A stretch of 63,603 nt of DNA, filler included. It is 3 parts of 3 records of this genome, joined end to end, with 100 filler letters (N's around TTAATTAATTAA, not from the genome) between each part and the next. Parts side by side here need not be neighbours in the genome. Positions count along the whole stretch, not along the records: positions 29,829 to 50,324 come from DRR723986_1347; positions 50,425 to 63,603 come from DRR723986_1360; 1 more part is not named here. One strand, written 5' to 3'. Below are positions 44,293 to 54,542 of this stretch, piece after piece. The position numbers and the translations under genes were made by a program. The notes beneath the pieces were generated by a model. That model was not told where the DNA came from. It did not search any database and worked only from the letters and a program-made list of their open reading frames with translations. Numbering within the stretch: position 1 is the stretch's first letter; each line of letters starts with the position of its first letter.

Positions 44293-44545
44293 TCTTTGCC
44301 AAGTATTTCTAAGTCAATTGGTCAAAAGGATTTAAAAACTTGATTTGAGTATGCAAATCAAGGCGTTTTAGCCCAAAAATAAAATTCAACTCTAATTTCA
44401 AAGCAAATTCAAACCCCTTCCTCCGCCAGTAACCAAATGTCTATTAGACGGATGCAATCATTTGGAAAACGCTGATTTCTACTATTTCAACTCTCTTTAG
44501 CCGTATTCGAATTCCATTTTCAGGAATGTTTTTTAGATTTAGGCA

Positions 44546-46234
44546 ATGCAAAAACCTTTACATGCTCGACTGCTTATTCTATTAGGCATATTTCTACTTC
44601 CACTTTTTGTCACTGCACAGGGAAGTTACATTCCTTTCGATCGGGATTATTATCAGAAAATCGAGCGGTACGAAATCCTTCAAGGAAAAAATAATCCGGT
44701 GTTCCACACTGGTGCAAAGCCCTACCGAAGAGATCATGTGGCAGCTTTTCTCGACAGCATTGCGAATGACGCGGTGATCAGAACTAGTGTAGATCAGTTC
44801 AATCTCGCTTACCTGAGTCAGGATAATTGGGAGTTTGTAAGTAGGGAAACTCCACTTTCCGAAAAACCTTTATTCGACGCGATTTATAAAAGACCTGGAG
44901 ACTTTGCCTACTATTATAGTGATGAGTTTGATATCCACGTAAGTCCGGTTTTGTACTTAAATGGTGGGATCGAGCCCGACAATGACCGAAACCCAAATCG
45001 CCTTTCGCGTGGAGTTGTGCTTCGCGGATCAATAGATAAGAAAGTTGGTTTTTACACGTACTTCACTTCTTCGGAGGCATTTTTCCCTAGTTGGGTGAAA
45101 GGATACGCTGAGCACAATGGCGCTGTGCCAGGTGAGGGATTTTGGAAGGAATATAATGGAGATGGCTACACTTACTTCTCAGCACTTGGCCATGTGAGTT
45201 TTAACATCACCAAACACATTCAGGTAGAAGCTGGTCACGACCGCAATTTTATCGGCGAAGGTTATAGATCCTTTTTGCTTTCCGACTTTTCCAATCCCTA
45301 CATGTTTGTGAAGCTTAATACCCAGGTGTGGAAATTCCAATTGACCAATATCTGGACGCAAATGACTGCAGATGTGGACTACGACAGAGGGCGACCTACG
45401 GATGGTAGATATCCTCAAAAATGGTTTTCCTTTCACAGACTTGGTTTTAATGTAGGCAAAAACCTTAACCTTGGGTTCTTTGAGTCTGTGATGACTGACA
45501 AAGCAGACTTCAATTATTACAATCCAATTATCTTTTATCGCTGGGTGGAGCAATCACTCGGCACGCCTGACAAGGTCATGCTCGGGATAGATTACAAATG
45601 GAATTTCTTGTCAACCATGCAGCTTTACGGTCAGTTTGCACTGGATGAGTTTGTCTTTTCAGAATTCTTTGGACAAGATGGCAAGAACTCCAAGCGGAAT
45701 AAATATGGTCTACAGGCTGGATTCAAATACATCGACCTATTCAAGGTTTCGAATCTAGATCTTCAGCTGGAATACAATTCTGCCCGACCTTATACTTTTC
45801 AGGAAAAAGTCGACTATCAATCCTACAGCAATTGGAGAACTCCACTTACCCATCCAAGAGGAGCTAATTTCAGGGAAATGTTAGGAATCCTCCGCTACCA
45901 GCCAATCCCAAAACTGAACCTTACTTTCACTACCATGTACCAACTCTATGGAGCAGATCCAGACGAAGAGACCAACTGGGGTGGAGATGTCTTGAAAAAT
46001 AGATTGGAAGGAAGTCCAACAGGATTATTTGATAATGTGATCGGTCAGGGCATCGAGAACAAGGTGGTTCAAACTAATCTGAATGCTTCTTATATGTTGA
46101 AGCATAATTTCTTTATCGATGCTTCCCATACTTTCAGAAGACGTACTGCTCAAGACCTCGACAGTCCAGCCACCTCCCAATACCTGCAATTGGCTTTCCG
46201 CTGGAACTTCATACGACCTGATTACAACTATTAA
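44546..46234 (+). CDS. Outer-membrane beta-barrel protein (Wzi/RemB-like), function uncertain
   Basis: Signal peptide, GHDRNFIGEGYRSFLLSD, LYGQFALDEF, LEYN.ARPYT and an aromatic C-terminal strand. The family is inference. Confidence 0.6.
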   Translation: MQKPLHARLLILLGIFLLPLFVTAQGSYIPFDRDYYQKIERYEILQGKNNPVFHTGAKPYRRDHVAAFLDSIANDAVIRTSVDQFNLAYLSQDNWEFVSRETPLSEKPLFDAIYKRPGDFAYYYSDEFDIHVSPVLYLNGGIEPDNDRNPNRLSRGVVLRGSIDKKVGFYTYFTSSEAFFPSWVKGYAEHNGAVPGEGFWKEYNGDGYTYFSALGHVSFNITKHIQVEAGHDRNFIGEGYRSFLLSDFSNPYMFVKLNTQVWKFQLTNIWTQMTADVDYDRGRPTDGRYPQKWFSFHRLGFNVGKNLNLGFFESVMTDKADFNYYNPIIFYRWVEQSLGTPDKVMLGIDYKWNFLSTMQLYGQFALDEFVFSEFFGQDGKNSKRNKYGLQAGFKYIDLFKVSNLDLQLEYNSARPYTFQEKVDYQSYSNWRTPLTHPRGANFREMLGILRYQPIPKLNLTFTTMYQLYGADPDEETNWGGDVLKNRLEGSPTGLFDNVIGQGIENKVVQTNLNASYMLKHNFFIDASHTFRRRTAQDLDSPATSQYLQLAFRWNFIRPDYNY

Positions 46235-46294
46235 CTGATAACCTCCACCGCCATTTTTGCGTAACTTGCGAGATTATTCCACGAACATTAGTTT

Positions 46295-48127
46295 ATGAAG
46301 ACCTATCTACGAATTCTCTCCTATGCCAAGCCATACGGAAAATTCGTGCCTACCTATATTATCTACGCGTTTCTTTCCATCGTTTTTGGCTTGCTGAATT
46401 TTACCTTGCTGAAGCCACTTTTCGATGTGATTTTCGAACAAGTAGATCCGGCAACACTGACACAATATTCCGAGAAGCCTGAATTCAATTTCTCACTCGA
46501 ATACTTTTCCCACCTCTTCAATTACAACTTCCTGCAAATAGCTGAGGAATATGGCAAGATGGGAACACTTTATTATGTGTGTGCGATCATCGTGGCGTCA
46601 GTTTTCCTTTCCAACCTCTTCACCTACTTGGCAGGGGTAGTTTTGGCAAAAGTGCGCGCTACTGTCATCAAGCGCATGAGAATGGATATTTTCGGACAAG
46701 TCAGTAAGCTTCACATTGGCTATTTTTCCAATGAGCGCAAAGGCGATCTGATGTCGAAAATGACCAATGATGTGCAAGAAGTGGAAAACACGATTGTGCA
46801 GTCACTTCGGGTTGTATTCCGTGAGCCTGTGACCATTATTCTCTATTTTTCGGTGCTTTTCTTTATGTCTCCCAAACTGACAATTTTCACCATTTTGATC
46901 ATCCCCATCACGGGAGCGATTATCGGCGGGATTACTAGAAGATTGAAGAAAAAAGCGGTGCAAAGTCAGGAATCCCTTGGTCGAATCGTCAACATCTTAG
47001 ATGAGACACTTGGAGGAATGCGGGTGATCAAAGCCTTCAATGCGGAGCGATTTATGAAGGGAAAATTCGACAAAGAAACCGATTATTACGCTGGAGTGAA
47101 CGTGAACATGGCTCGCAAAAACGAATTAGCATCTCCGATATCCCAATTTCTCGGAGTGTTCGTAGTTGCCGGAATTTTGGTGTATGGAGGTGGGTTGGTG
47201 CTCAGCGGAAATTCCGATTTGGGAGCCTCGGACTTTATTACCTACATTATTATTTTCACTCAAGTTCTAAATCCAGCCAAGGAAATCTCCCGTGCCGTCA
47301 GCAGTATTCAGCGGGGTATCGCTTCAGCCGAGCGGATTTTCACCGTGGTAGATACGCCTACTCAGATCAGTTCCCCTGCAAGTCCGGCCATATTGAATTC
47401 TTTTGAAAATTCAGTTGAAGTCAAAAATGTAAGCTTTGCCTACCAGGATGTGAACGTGTTGAAAAACATCAATTTCACTTTATCGAGAGGGAAAACCATT
47501 GCACTTGTTGGTCCTTCTGGTGGAGGAAAATCCACGTTGGCGGATTTAATCCCAAGATTTTATGATCCTTCGGAAGGACAAATTTTACTGGATGGAAAAA
47601 ATCTAAAGGAGTTTGATTTACATGCTTTGCGCAGCCAAATGGGAATAGTGACGCAGGAATCCATTCTATTTAATGACACGGTTTTCAATAATATTGCTTT
47701 TGGGGTAGAAGGAGCAACTAAAGAGCAGGTCATGGAAGCTGCTACAATTGCCAATGCCCACGAGTTTATCGAAAAAATGGAAGATGGCTACCAAACTAGT
47801 ATCGGCGAGCGTGGATCCAAGCTTTCCGGAGGACAGCGTCAGCGCCTAAGCATAGCACGAGCAGTATTGAAAAACCCTCCAATCTTGATTCTTGATGAGG
47901 CTACTTCAGCTTTAGATTCAGAATCCGAGCATTTGGTACAGGAAGCACTGACCAAACTGATGAGTAATAGAACTACATTGGTGATCGCACATAGACTAAG
48001 CACAATTCAGCATGCAGATGAGATACTTGTGATCGAGCATGGTCAAATTGTACAGCGAGGCACGCACGTTGACTTAATGCAAACTGAAGGCTTATACCAG
48101 AAGCTTTCTAGTATTCAGTCCGTTTAG
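46295..48127 (+). CDS. MsbA-like ABC exporter (fused TMD + NBD)
   Basis: GPSGGGKST, LSGGQRQR, ILILDEATSALD and IAHRLST. Confidence 0.93.
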   Translation: MKTYLRILSYAKPYGKFVPTYIIYAFLSIVFGLLNFTLLKPLFDVIFEQVDPATLTQYSEKPEFNFSLEYFSHLFNYNFLQIAEEYGKMGTLYYVCAIIVASVFLSNLFTYLAGVVLAKVRATVIKRMRMDIFGQVSKLHIGYFSNERKGDLMSKMTNDVQEVENTIVQSLRVVFREPVTIILYFSVLFFMSPKLTIFTILIIPITGAIIGGITRRLKKKAVQSQESLGRIVNILDETLGGMRVIKAFNAERFMKGKFDKETDYYAGVNVNMARKNELASPISQFLGVFVVAGILVYGGGLVLSGNSDLGASDFITYIIIFTQVLNPAKEISRAVSSIQRGIASAERIFTVVDTPTQISSPASPAILNSFENSVEVKNVSFAYQDVNVLKNINFTLSRGKTIALVGPSGGGKSTLADLIPRFYDPSEGQILLDGKNLKEFDLHALRSQMGIVTQESILFNDTVFNNIAFGVEGATKEQVMEAATIANAHEFIEKMEDGYQTSIGERGSKLSGGQRQRLSIARAVLKNPPILILDEATSALDSESEHLVQEALTKLMSNRTTLVIAHRLSTIQHADEILVIEHGQIVQRGTHVDLMQTEGLYQKLSSIQSV

Positions 48128-48249
48128 TATATTCGTTAAAACTAATGTTAATACTTATGAGATCTAACACATCGATTAAACCATAAATACTGGATAATTA
48201 TCTATCGTGTGAGATTCCATATAGCCACTAAAAATCAAATTATTTACAT

Positions 48250-48615
48250 ATGAAAAAACTTCACCAAATCCTTCAAATAGCCCTTTTGGTCTATTTTGGT
48301 GCTTTTCTTATTTTCTTCATTGCCTTTGACACGCTTGGCGGAGTCTTTGGAATGGATGAAATCACGTCAGATTCCATGGTGACGATTACTTTAATTGGCT
48401 TGATTATTTTTCTTGCCGCTTGGGGCAGTAGCTATGCTGCCTACAGCAGTCTTTCTTCCCAAATCAAAAAAATGGAAAGTGAGACTCACGCATTAAAAGC
48501 CAAAATTTACGACTTCGAACACCCAGTTGCTCCGACTAGACCAAGTCCTCGGCCAACTACTCCATCACCGGAAACTGACCAAAGTAACATTCCACCTAGA
48601 CAAAATATTACCTAA
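48250..48615 (+). CDS. Hypothetical membrane protein
   Basis: Two TM segments, a short coiled coil (LKAKIYD) and a Pro-rich tail. Confidence 0.7.
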   Translation: MKKLHQILQIALLVYFGAFLIFFIAFDTLGGVFGMDEITSDSMVTITLIGLIIFLAAWGSSYAAYSSLSSQIKKMESETHALKAKIYDFEHPVAPTRPSPRPTTPSPETDQSNIPPRQNIT

Positions 48616-48650
48616 AAGTGAAATATTAATTTTATCAAACTAGTATATTG

Positions 48651-48675
48651 AGGAGACCAACAGGTCTCCTTTTTA
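48651..48675 (+). terminator. Probable intrinsic terminator just upstream of comM
   Basis: AGGAGACC-AACA-GGTCTCCT followed by TTTT. Confidence 0.65.
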
Positions 48676-48687
48676 TATTTTTATGTT

Positions 48688-50226
48688 ATGGTAGCTAAAA
48701 CTTTTGGAAGCGCAGTATCAGGCGTAGATGCAAACATCATCACCATAGAGGTGAATGTGGGACAAGGAACCAGTTTCTTTATGGTCGGACTTCCCGACTC
48801 CGCTGTGAAGGAATCCCAGCAGCGGGTAGAAAGTGCCTTAAAATATTTCGGGTATAGAATGCCAAGGCAAAAAGTGGTAATCAACCTCGCTCCCGCCGAT
48901 GTCAGGAAGGAAGGATCGGCTTATGATCTGCCGATTGCCATGGGAATTTTGCAAGCATCAGAGCAGGTGGAATTTCCAACTTTGGGAGATTATGTGATTA
49001 TGGGTGAGCTTTCATTAGACGGAAATCTCCGGCCGATCAAGGGAGTACTACCCATTGCTATCGAAGCCAGAAAGAAGGGATTCAAGGGTTTTATTCTCCC
49101 AGTAGAAAATGCCAAAGAAGCATCGATAGTCAATAGCTTGGATATTATAGGGGTAGAAACAATGCAGCAAGCCACGGATTTTCTGATGGGGGAACTGGAA
49201 ATTGAACCTTTGGTGACGGATACCAGAGAGATTTTTTATCATTCACTGGATGATATTGAGTTTGACTTTGCGGATGTGCAAGGTCAGGAAAATATCAAGC
49301 GGGCAATGGAAATCGCAGCTGCAGGCGGACATAATGTAATTATGATTGGCCCTCCTGGCGCCGGTAAAACCATGCTTGCCAAACGTCTTCCTTCGATTCT
49401 TCCTCCCCTGACTTTGGTAGAAGCTTTGGAAACGACAAAGATTCATTCCGTAGCTGGAAAGCTGGGCAGAAATGGTTCTCTGCTTGCCAATCGGCCTTTT
49501 CGATCTCCGCACCACACCATCAGCGATGTTGCGCTAGTGGGAGGAGGAGGAAATCCACAGCCAGGAGAAATATCCTTAGCGCATAATGGAGTATTGTTTT
49601 TGGATGAATTGCCAGAGTTCAAGCGTACTGTACTGGAGGTCATGCGTCAACCGCTGGAAGAGCGCCGAGTTACCATTTCCAGAGCAAAAGTGTCGGTGGA
49701 TTTCCCTGCGAACTTTATGCTCATCGCCAGCATGAATCCATGTCCTTGTGGATATTACAATCATCCCGAAAAAGAATGTGTTTGTGGACCAGGCATAGTC
49801 CAACGCTATTTGAATAAAGTGTCAGGCCCGCTGTTAGATCGCATTGATCTCCATGTAGAAGTGACACCTGTCAAATTTGACGAGATGACCTCCACCAGGA
49901 AAACAGAATCCAGCAAGGAAATAAGGGAACGCGTGATCAAAGGCCGAGAAAAGCAAAAGGAACGATTTAAAGGAAATCCGGAGGTTTTCTGTAATGCCAT
50001 GATGCCTTCGCATCTCACAAAACAAATCTGCCAGATCAATGAAGCTGGCAAGATGCTTTTGAAAACCGCTATGGAGCGACTGGGATTATCAGCCAGAGCT
50101 TACGATCGAATTCTGAAAGTAGCCAGAACCATTGCTGATATCTCAGGATCTGAGGAAATCAAAGTCGAGCATCTGGCCGAAGCGATACAGTATAGAAGTC
50201 TGGATAGAGAAGGCTGGGCGGGGTGA
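48688..50226 (+). CDS. comM: YifB/ComM family Mg-chelatase-like AAA+ ATPase
   Basis: VGLPDSAVKES, GPPGAGKT, RPFRSPHH, LFLDELPEF and SMNPCPCG. Confidence 0.95.
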   Translation: MVAKTFGSAVSGVDANIITIEVNVGQGTSFFMVGLPDSAVKESQQRVESALKYFGYRMPRQKVVINLAPADVRKEGSAYDLPIAMGILQASEQVEFPTLGDYVIMGELSLDGNLRPIKGVLPIAIEARKKGFKGFILPVENAKEASIVNSLDIIGVETMQQATDFLMGELEIEPLVTDTREIFYHSLDDIEFDFADVQGQENIKRAMEIAAAGGHNVIMIGPPGAGKTMLAKRLPSILPPLTLVEALETTKIHSVAGKLGRNGSLLANRPFRSPHHTISDVALVGGGGNPQPGEISLAHNGVLFLDELPEFKRTVLEVMRQPLEERRVTISRAKVSVDFPANFMLIASMNPCPCGYYNHPEKECVCGPGIVQRYLNKVSGPLLDRIDLHVEVTPVKFDEMTSTRKTESSKEIRERVIKGREKQKERFKGNPEVFCNAMMPSHLTKQICQINEAGKMLLKTAMERLGLSARAYDRILKVARTIADISGSEEIKVEHLAEAIQYRSLDREGWAG

Positions 50227-50324
50227 GAATTTAAAATGATGAAATTTGAAATTTGATAATAGCTAAAAGGAATAAGCAATCTCAAATTAAATTTATAGCG
50301 CTGTACCTAAAGGCACAGCAGAAT

Positions 50325-50424
50325 NNNNNNNNNNNNNNNNNNNNNNNNNNNNNNNNNNNNNNNNNNNNTTAATTAATTAANNNNNNNNNNNNNNNNNNNN
50401 NNNNNNNNNNNNNNNNNNNNNNNN
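50325..50424. other. Artificial contig linker
   Basis: Same N44-TTAATTAATTAA-N44 spacer as at 29729. Confidence 0.97.
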
Positions 50425-50595
50425 CTTGCGGTTTTTGTTGATCTTGTAGGCCATGGTTTTCACGCCCCAATACTCGTTATCAATGACTTTGCCGCCATTG
50501 TCTGCAAGTACGGTGCTGAAATGTTCGATAAGACCTTCGGCCTGCGCGTTGGACAGATCCTGGCGCGAGATAAAGACATGCTCGTATAGCGGCAT
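50425..50595 (-). CDS. rpsF: 30S ribosomal protein S6, N-terminal part
   Basis: MPLYEHVFISRQDLS...EYWGVKTMAYKINKNRK (alphaproteobacterial type). AGGAG SD upstream. Confidence 0.95.
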
Positions 50596-50855
50596 GTGCA
50601 CTCCTGTCATTTCAGGCGCATTTCATAGGTGGGCATGCCCTTTTCCGCCACCCACCACGAGAGACTGCGCGGTTCTAGAGAAAAACTGCGGAAAGGTTGG
50701 GTGCGGATACACCGGAACGCCCAAGGGTGCAAGCGGCGAAAGCCACCAAAGCCGGCTTTCATGGCCCGTCGCACGAATTCCTTTCGCCGGCCCAATTTCC
50801 GCCCCGATCTTTGGGCCATCTGCCAGCAACATGACATTAGGGGAAAGATCATCAC

Positions 50856-51338
50856 ATGCACCAGACCACCACCATACCCACCCGTGGCGCCACCATTGCC
50901 TTGCAGGCTGAAACCGCGCTTTTGTGGCTGATCTTGCGGCGTTTGCTGGGGGCGGCGCTATTGCTGGCCGCTTTGGTGGCGGTTTTGCTGCCCTGGCCGC
51001 TAGAGCTGTGGCAGGTGATGGTGCGCCTAAGCGCGGTGATTGGGTGTGTTTTGGTGGCCTCGCCGCTGTTGGACCCTATCCATGATATTGAGGGCGAAGA
51101 GTTTTTGCTGGATATGCGCACAGGCCAGCTGCTGCATCGGCGCCAGCTGCGCAGCGGGCATATGCGCGTTTTGCGCCGTGTGCCTTTGGGCATGGTTGGC
51201 GATATCGCGCTTGATCATGGCTATTGCAACGTTTTGGATTTGCAGGGCGACATCATTTTGCGGCGCGCGTTGCGTGATGGGCCGGCGTGGCCCGCACAAC
51301 CACCGCGCGCAGGCGTGCAATTGGCCAAGATGGCCTAA
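50856..51338 (+). CDS. Hypothetical membrane protein
   Basis: Two hydrophobic segments followed by a small soluble domain. No recognisable motif. Confidence 0.55.
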   Translation: MHQTTTIPTRGATIALQAETALLWLILRRLLGAALLLAALVAVLLPWPLELWQVMVRLSAVIGCVLVASPLLDPIHDIEGEEFLLDMRTGQLLHRRQLRSGHMRVLRRVPLGMVGDIALDHGYCNVLDLQGDIILRRALRDGPAWPAQPPRAGVQLAKMA

Positions 51339-51473
51339 GCCAGGGCGCAGTGCGGCAGTTCAATAAAAAAACCTGTTCATTTTCAAACAGGCAATGTGGG
51401 TTTCTGTGCAATTGAGAAAAGCGGTGTCGTGCACGATCTGTAACGCATCTTGATTTAGCAGAGGTATGCACCA

Positions 51474-52055
51474 ATGAACCATTTTCTACGCGCCACCGCC
51501 CTTGGGGCCGCTCTTTTCAGCGCCAGTGCCGCACTGGCCGAGGCCGAAAAATACACGCTAGACGCCAGCCACAGCCAGATCATTTTTTCGTATGACCACC
51601 TGGGCTTTTCCACCACTTGGGGGATGTTCTCGGGGTTTGAGGGCGAGATCATGTTTGATCAAGCCAACCCTGCCGCCAGCAGCGTTTCGGTGTCGATGCC
51701 GGTAAAATCGATGCTGACCGGCTGGGAGGGGCGGTTCCAGCATTTCATGTCGAAAGACTTTTTTGATGCCAGCGATGACGAGATGGTCAGCTTTGCCTCG
51801 ACCGGTATCGAAGTAACCGGCGAAACCACCGCCAAAATCACCGGCGATCTGACGCTGAATGGCGTGACCAAGCCCGTGGTGCTGGATGCGGTATTGAACA
51901 AAACCGGCGATCACCCGATGGCAAACAAGCCGTGGGCTGGGTTTAGCGCCACAACCAGCGTGCTGCGCAGCGATTTTGGCCTGGGCATGTTTGCCCCCTA
52001 TGTCAGCGACGAGGTGGCCATTCAGATCAGCATCGAGGCGATGAAGGCCGAATAA
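51474..52055 (+). CDS. YceI family periplasmic polyisoprenoid-binding protein
   Basis: Signal peptide, YTLDASHSQI.F...HLGFS, GDLTLNGVTKPV and RSDFG. Confidence 0.93.
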   Translation: MNHFLRATALGAALFSASAALAEAEKYTLDASHSQIIFSYDHLGFSTTWGMFSGFEGEIMFDQANPAASSVSVSMPVKSMLTGWEGRFQHFMSKDFFDASDDEMVSFASTGIEVTGETTAKITGDLTLNGVTKPVVLDAVLNKTGDHPMANKPWAGFSATTSVLRSDFGLGMFAPYVSDEVAIQISIEAMKAE

Positions 52056-52099
52056 CACCAGCGACTGGTGGGCCAGCCTTATTGGCTGGCTGCATAAAG

Positions 52100-52135
52100 A
52101 AAGGCGCCGCACCCTAAGGGATGCGGCGCCTTTTT
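52100..52135. terminator. Bidirectional terminator between convergent yceI genes
   Basis: AAAGGCGCCGCA...TGCGGCGCCTTT inverted repeat. Confidence 0.8.
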
Positions 52136-52162
52136 CGTATTTTTCCCAAAGCCCGGGTGGCG

Positions 52163-53404
52163 CTATGCGCCGCGCTTGGCTGTCAGGTTGATTTTTACCA
52201 AAACGCCAAATCCCAATTGCCCCTCATCCGAGACGCCCGCACCGATGCCAAAATCGCGCCGATCCAGGCGGGTTTCGCCCTGCAGCGTGGCGATATCATC
52301 GGTGATAAACAGTTGGAAGGGCAGTTGCACGGGTATCTCTTGCCCCTTCAGGCGCAAAACCCCGGCAGCCAGATAGCCTGCGTCTGTCGCGCTCAGCGTG
52401 GCGCTGAACTGGGCGGTTGGGTGGCCCGTGGCATCAAAGAAATCGGCGCCCAAGGCCTGGCTGGTTAAACTGCCCAAGCCGAGCGAGGCGATATCGATCT
52501 GCACCTCAGCGTGGCCCATTTTGGTGGCGGGGGCATCTGGGTTAAAGGTGATATCGGCCAGCCAGTTTTGAAAATTGCCACTGACATTGGCGCCAAATTG
52601 GCTGATCTCAAAGGCGATAGTGCCAGATTGTACGTGCCATGCATTGGGCTGGGCTTTGGTGCTGGTGGGGGTGGCGTTGGTGATGGCAGGCGCGCTGGCC
52701 TGTGGGGTTGGGGCATGTGGGGTGGCCAGATACGTGCCTGCCACCAGAACCATGGCCCATAGCGCCAGCGCCGCGGCTGCGGGCAGGCGGTGGCTGGGGG
52801 CATGGGGCTGGGGTGATGGCTGCGGCAGCGGGCCGCGCCCGGCCATGCGCGCCAGCGTGCCATCATGATCGATCAGCGCATGTTTCAGCGCCCCGGCGAT
52901 ATGCAGGGCAATCGCGATCATCAGCACATCGGTGCCCATATGGTGGATGGTGCCCGAAATGCTGGCCATAGTTTCGGATTGGGGCACAAAGGGCAGGCCT
53001 TGGCCAAAGGGCCACCAGATGGGGGCATAGCCGGTTTGGGCGGCGTGATGCACCCAGCCCGATAGCGGCACCACCACCATCGCGCCATAAAGCAGCCAGT
53101 GCACCAGGCTGGCCAGGGCTGTCTCGAGGCGTTTTTTGGGGTGCAGCGGTTCTGGGTGTGGCTGGCCAAGCGCCCAAAGAATTCGCAACAGGGCCACGAA
53201 AAACGCGGCCAGGCCGAGTGTTTTATGCAGCGAAAACAGCGTGACCACCCGCGCCAGGGCGGCGCTGTCTGATTGCAGCGCCCCTTCGGCCATAGTGGTG
53301 GCGATCAGCCCCAAAACGATGGCTGAAAAGATCAACAGCGCCGTGAGCCAGTGAAAAATGCGCGCCACCGTGCCGTAGGCCGCGTCTGAATTGGCGATAG
53401 CCAT
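52163..53404 (-). CDS. Cytochrome b561-type domain fused to a YceI domain
   Basis: Heme His motifs FHWLTA, LHKTLG, VHWLLY and LHIAGALKH, a Pro-rich linker and a YceI C-terminus (LDRRDFGIG). Start at MAIANS after AGGAGG. Confidence 0.88.
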   Translation of the reverse strand: MAIANSDAAYGTVARIFHWLTALLIFSAIVLGLIATTMAEGALQSDSAALARVVTLFSLHKTLGLAAFFVALLRILWALGQPHPEPLHPKKRLETALASLVHWLLYGAMVVVPLSGWVHHAAQTGYAPIWWPFGQGLPFVPQSETMASISGTIHHMGTDVLMIAIALHIAGALKHALIDHDGTLARMAGRGPLPQPSPQPHAPSHRLPAAAALALWAMVLVAGTYLATPHAPTPQASAPAITNATPTSTKAQPNAWHVQSGTIAFEISQFGANVSGNFQNWLADITFNPDAPATKMGHAEVQIDIASLGLGSLTSQALGADFFDATGHPTAQFSATLSATDAGYLAAGVLRLKGQEIPVQLPFQLFITDDIATLQGETRLDRRDFGIGAGVSDEGQLGFGVLVKINLTAKRGA

Positions 53405-53575
53405 GAAACCTCCTTTTGCCATGGGGCAAACATAACATATTGCGCAAAGGATAGGGCGCGCGCCCCGCCAGCACGACTGGCGCAGATACACAGTGGCTGT
53501 GCGCAGATGCGTGCAATACGTTGCACCACGGCGGCGCACAGGCTATTTCGGGCCAAAGCGATAAGGAGGGCCAGT

Positions 53576-54514
53576 ATGAGCCGCGCATTTGTTTTCCCCG
53601 GGCAGGGGGCACAGACCATTGGCATGGGTCGGGATCTGGCACAGGCCTACCCGGCCGCAAAGGCTGTTTTCGACGAGGTTGACGCGGCCTTGGGTGAAAA
53701 CCTGTCGGGGTTGATCTGGGAGGGCGATCAAGATGCGCTGACGCTGACCCAAAATGCTCAGCCCGCGCTGATGGCCACATCGATGGCTGTGGTGCGCGCC
53801 TTGCAGGCCGAAGGTGTTGAAATTGCGCAGGGCAGTTTCGTGGCTGGCCATAGTTTGGGGGAATATTCGGCGCTGGCTGCGGCAGGGGCGCTAAGCGTGG
53901 GCGATGCCGCCCGCCTGTTGCGGGTGCGCGGGCAGGCCATGCAGGCTGCGGTGCCTGTGGGGGTGGGCGCGATGGCGGCGCTGCTGGGGCTTGATTTTGC
54001 CACAGCCCAAGAGGTGGCCGCCCAAGCAGCCCAGGGCGAGGTTTGCCAGGCCGCCAATGACAACGACCCGGCCCAGGTGGTGGTTTCGGGCCACAAGGCG
54101 GCGGTGGAACGCGCAGTTGAGATTGCTAAGGACCGCGGCGCAAAACGTGCCGTTTTGCTGCCGGTCAGCGCCCCTTTCCATTGTGCCTTGATGCAGCCCG
54201 CGGCAGATCAGATGGCGCAGGCGCTGCAAGATGTCACGATCGCCGCCCCCGTGGTGCCGGTGGTGGCCAATGTGCGCGCCGAGGCGGTCAGCGACCCGGC
54301 GATTATTCGGGCGCTGTTGATCGAGCAGGTGACAGGCTCGGTCCGGTGGCGCGAGTCGGTGCAGTGGATGGATGGCCAGGGCGTGAGCGAGATTTGGGAA
54401 CTGGGCGCGGGCAAGGCGCTGTCGGGCATGGTGCGGCGCATTGCCAAACATATCGAATGCCGCGCCGTAGCCACCCCCGATGACGTGGCCGCAGCGGCCG
54501 CGGCTGCGGTTTAA
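53576..54514 (+). CDS. fabD: Malonyl-CoA:ACP transacylase
   Basis: MSRAFVFPGQG, AGHSLGEY and VSAPFH. AAGGAGG SD upstream. Confidence 0.97.
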   Translation: MSRAFVFPGQGAQTIGMGRDLAQAYPAAKAVFDEVDAALGENLSGLIWEGDQDALTLTQNAQPALMATSMAVVRALQAEGVEIAQGSFVAGHSLGEYSALAAAGALSVGDAARLLRVRGQAMQAAVPVGVGAMAALLGLDFATAQEVAAQAAQGEVCQAANDNDPAQVVVSGHKAAVERAVEIAKDRGAKRAVLLPVSAPFHCALMQPAADQMAQALQDVTIAAPVVPVVANVRAEAVSDPAIIRALLIEQVTGSVRWRESVQWMDGQGVSEIWELGAGKALSGMVRRIAKHIECRAVATPDDVAAAAAAAV

Positions 54515-54542
54515 GGGCCTTTGGGTTTAGGAAGGAAGAAAC

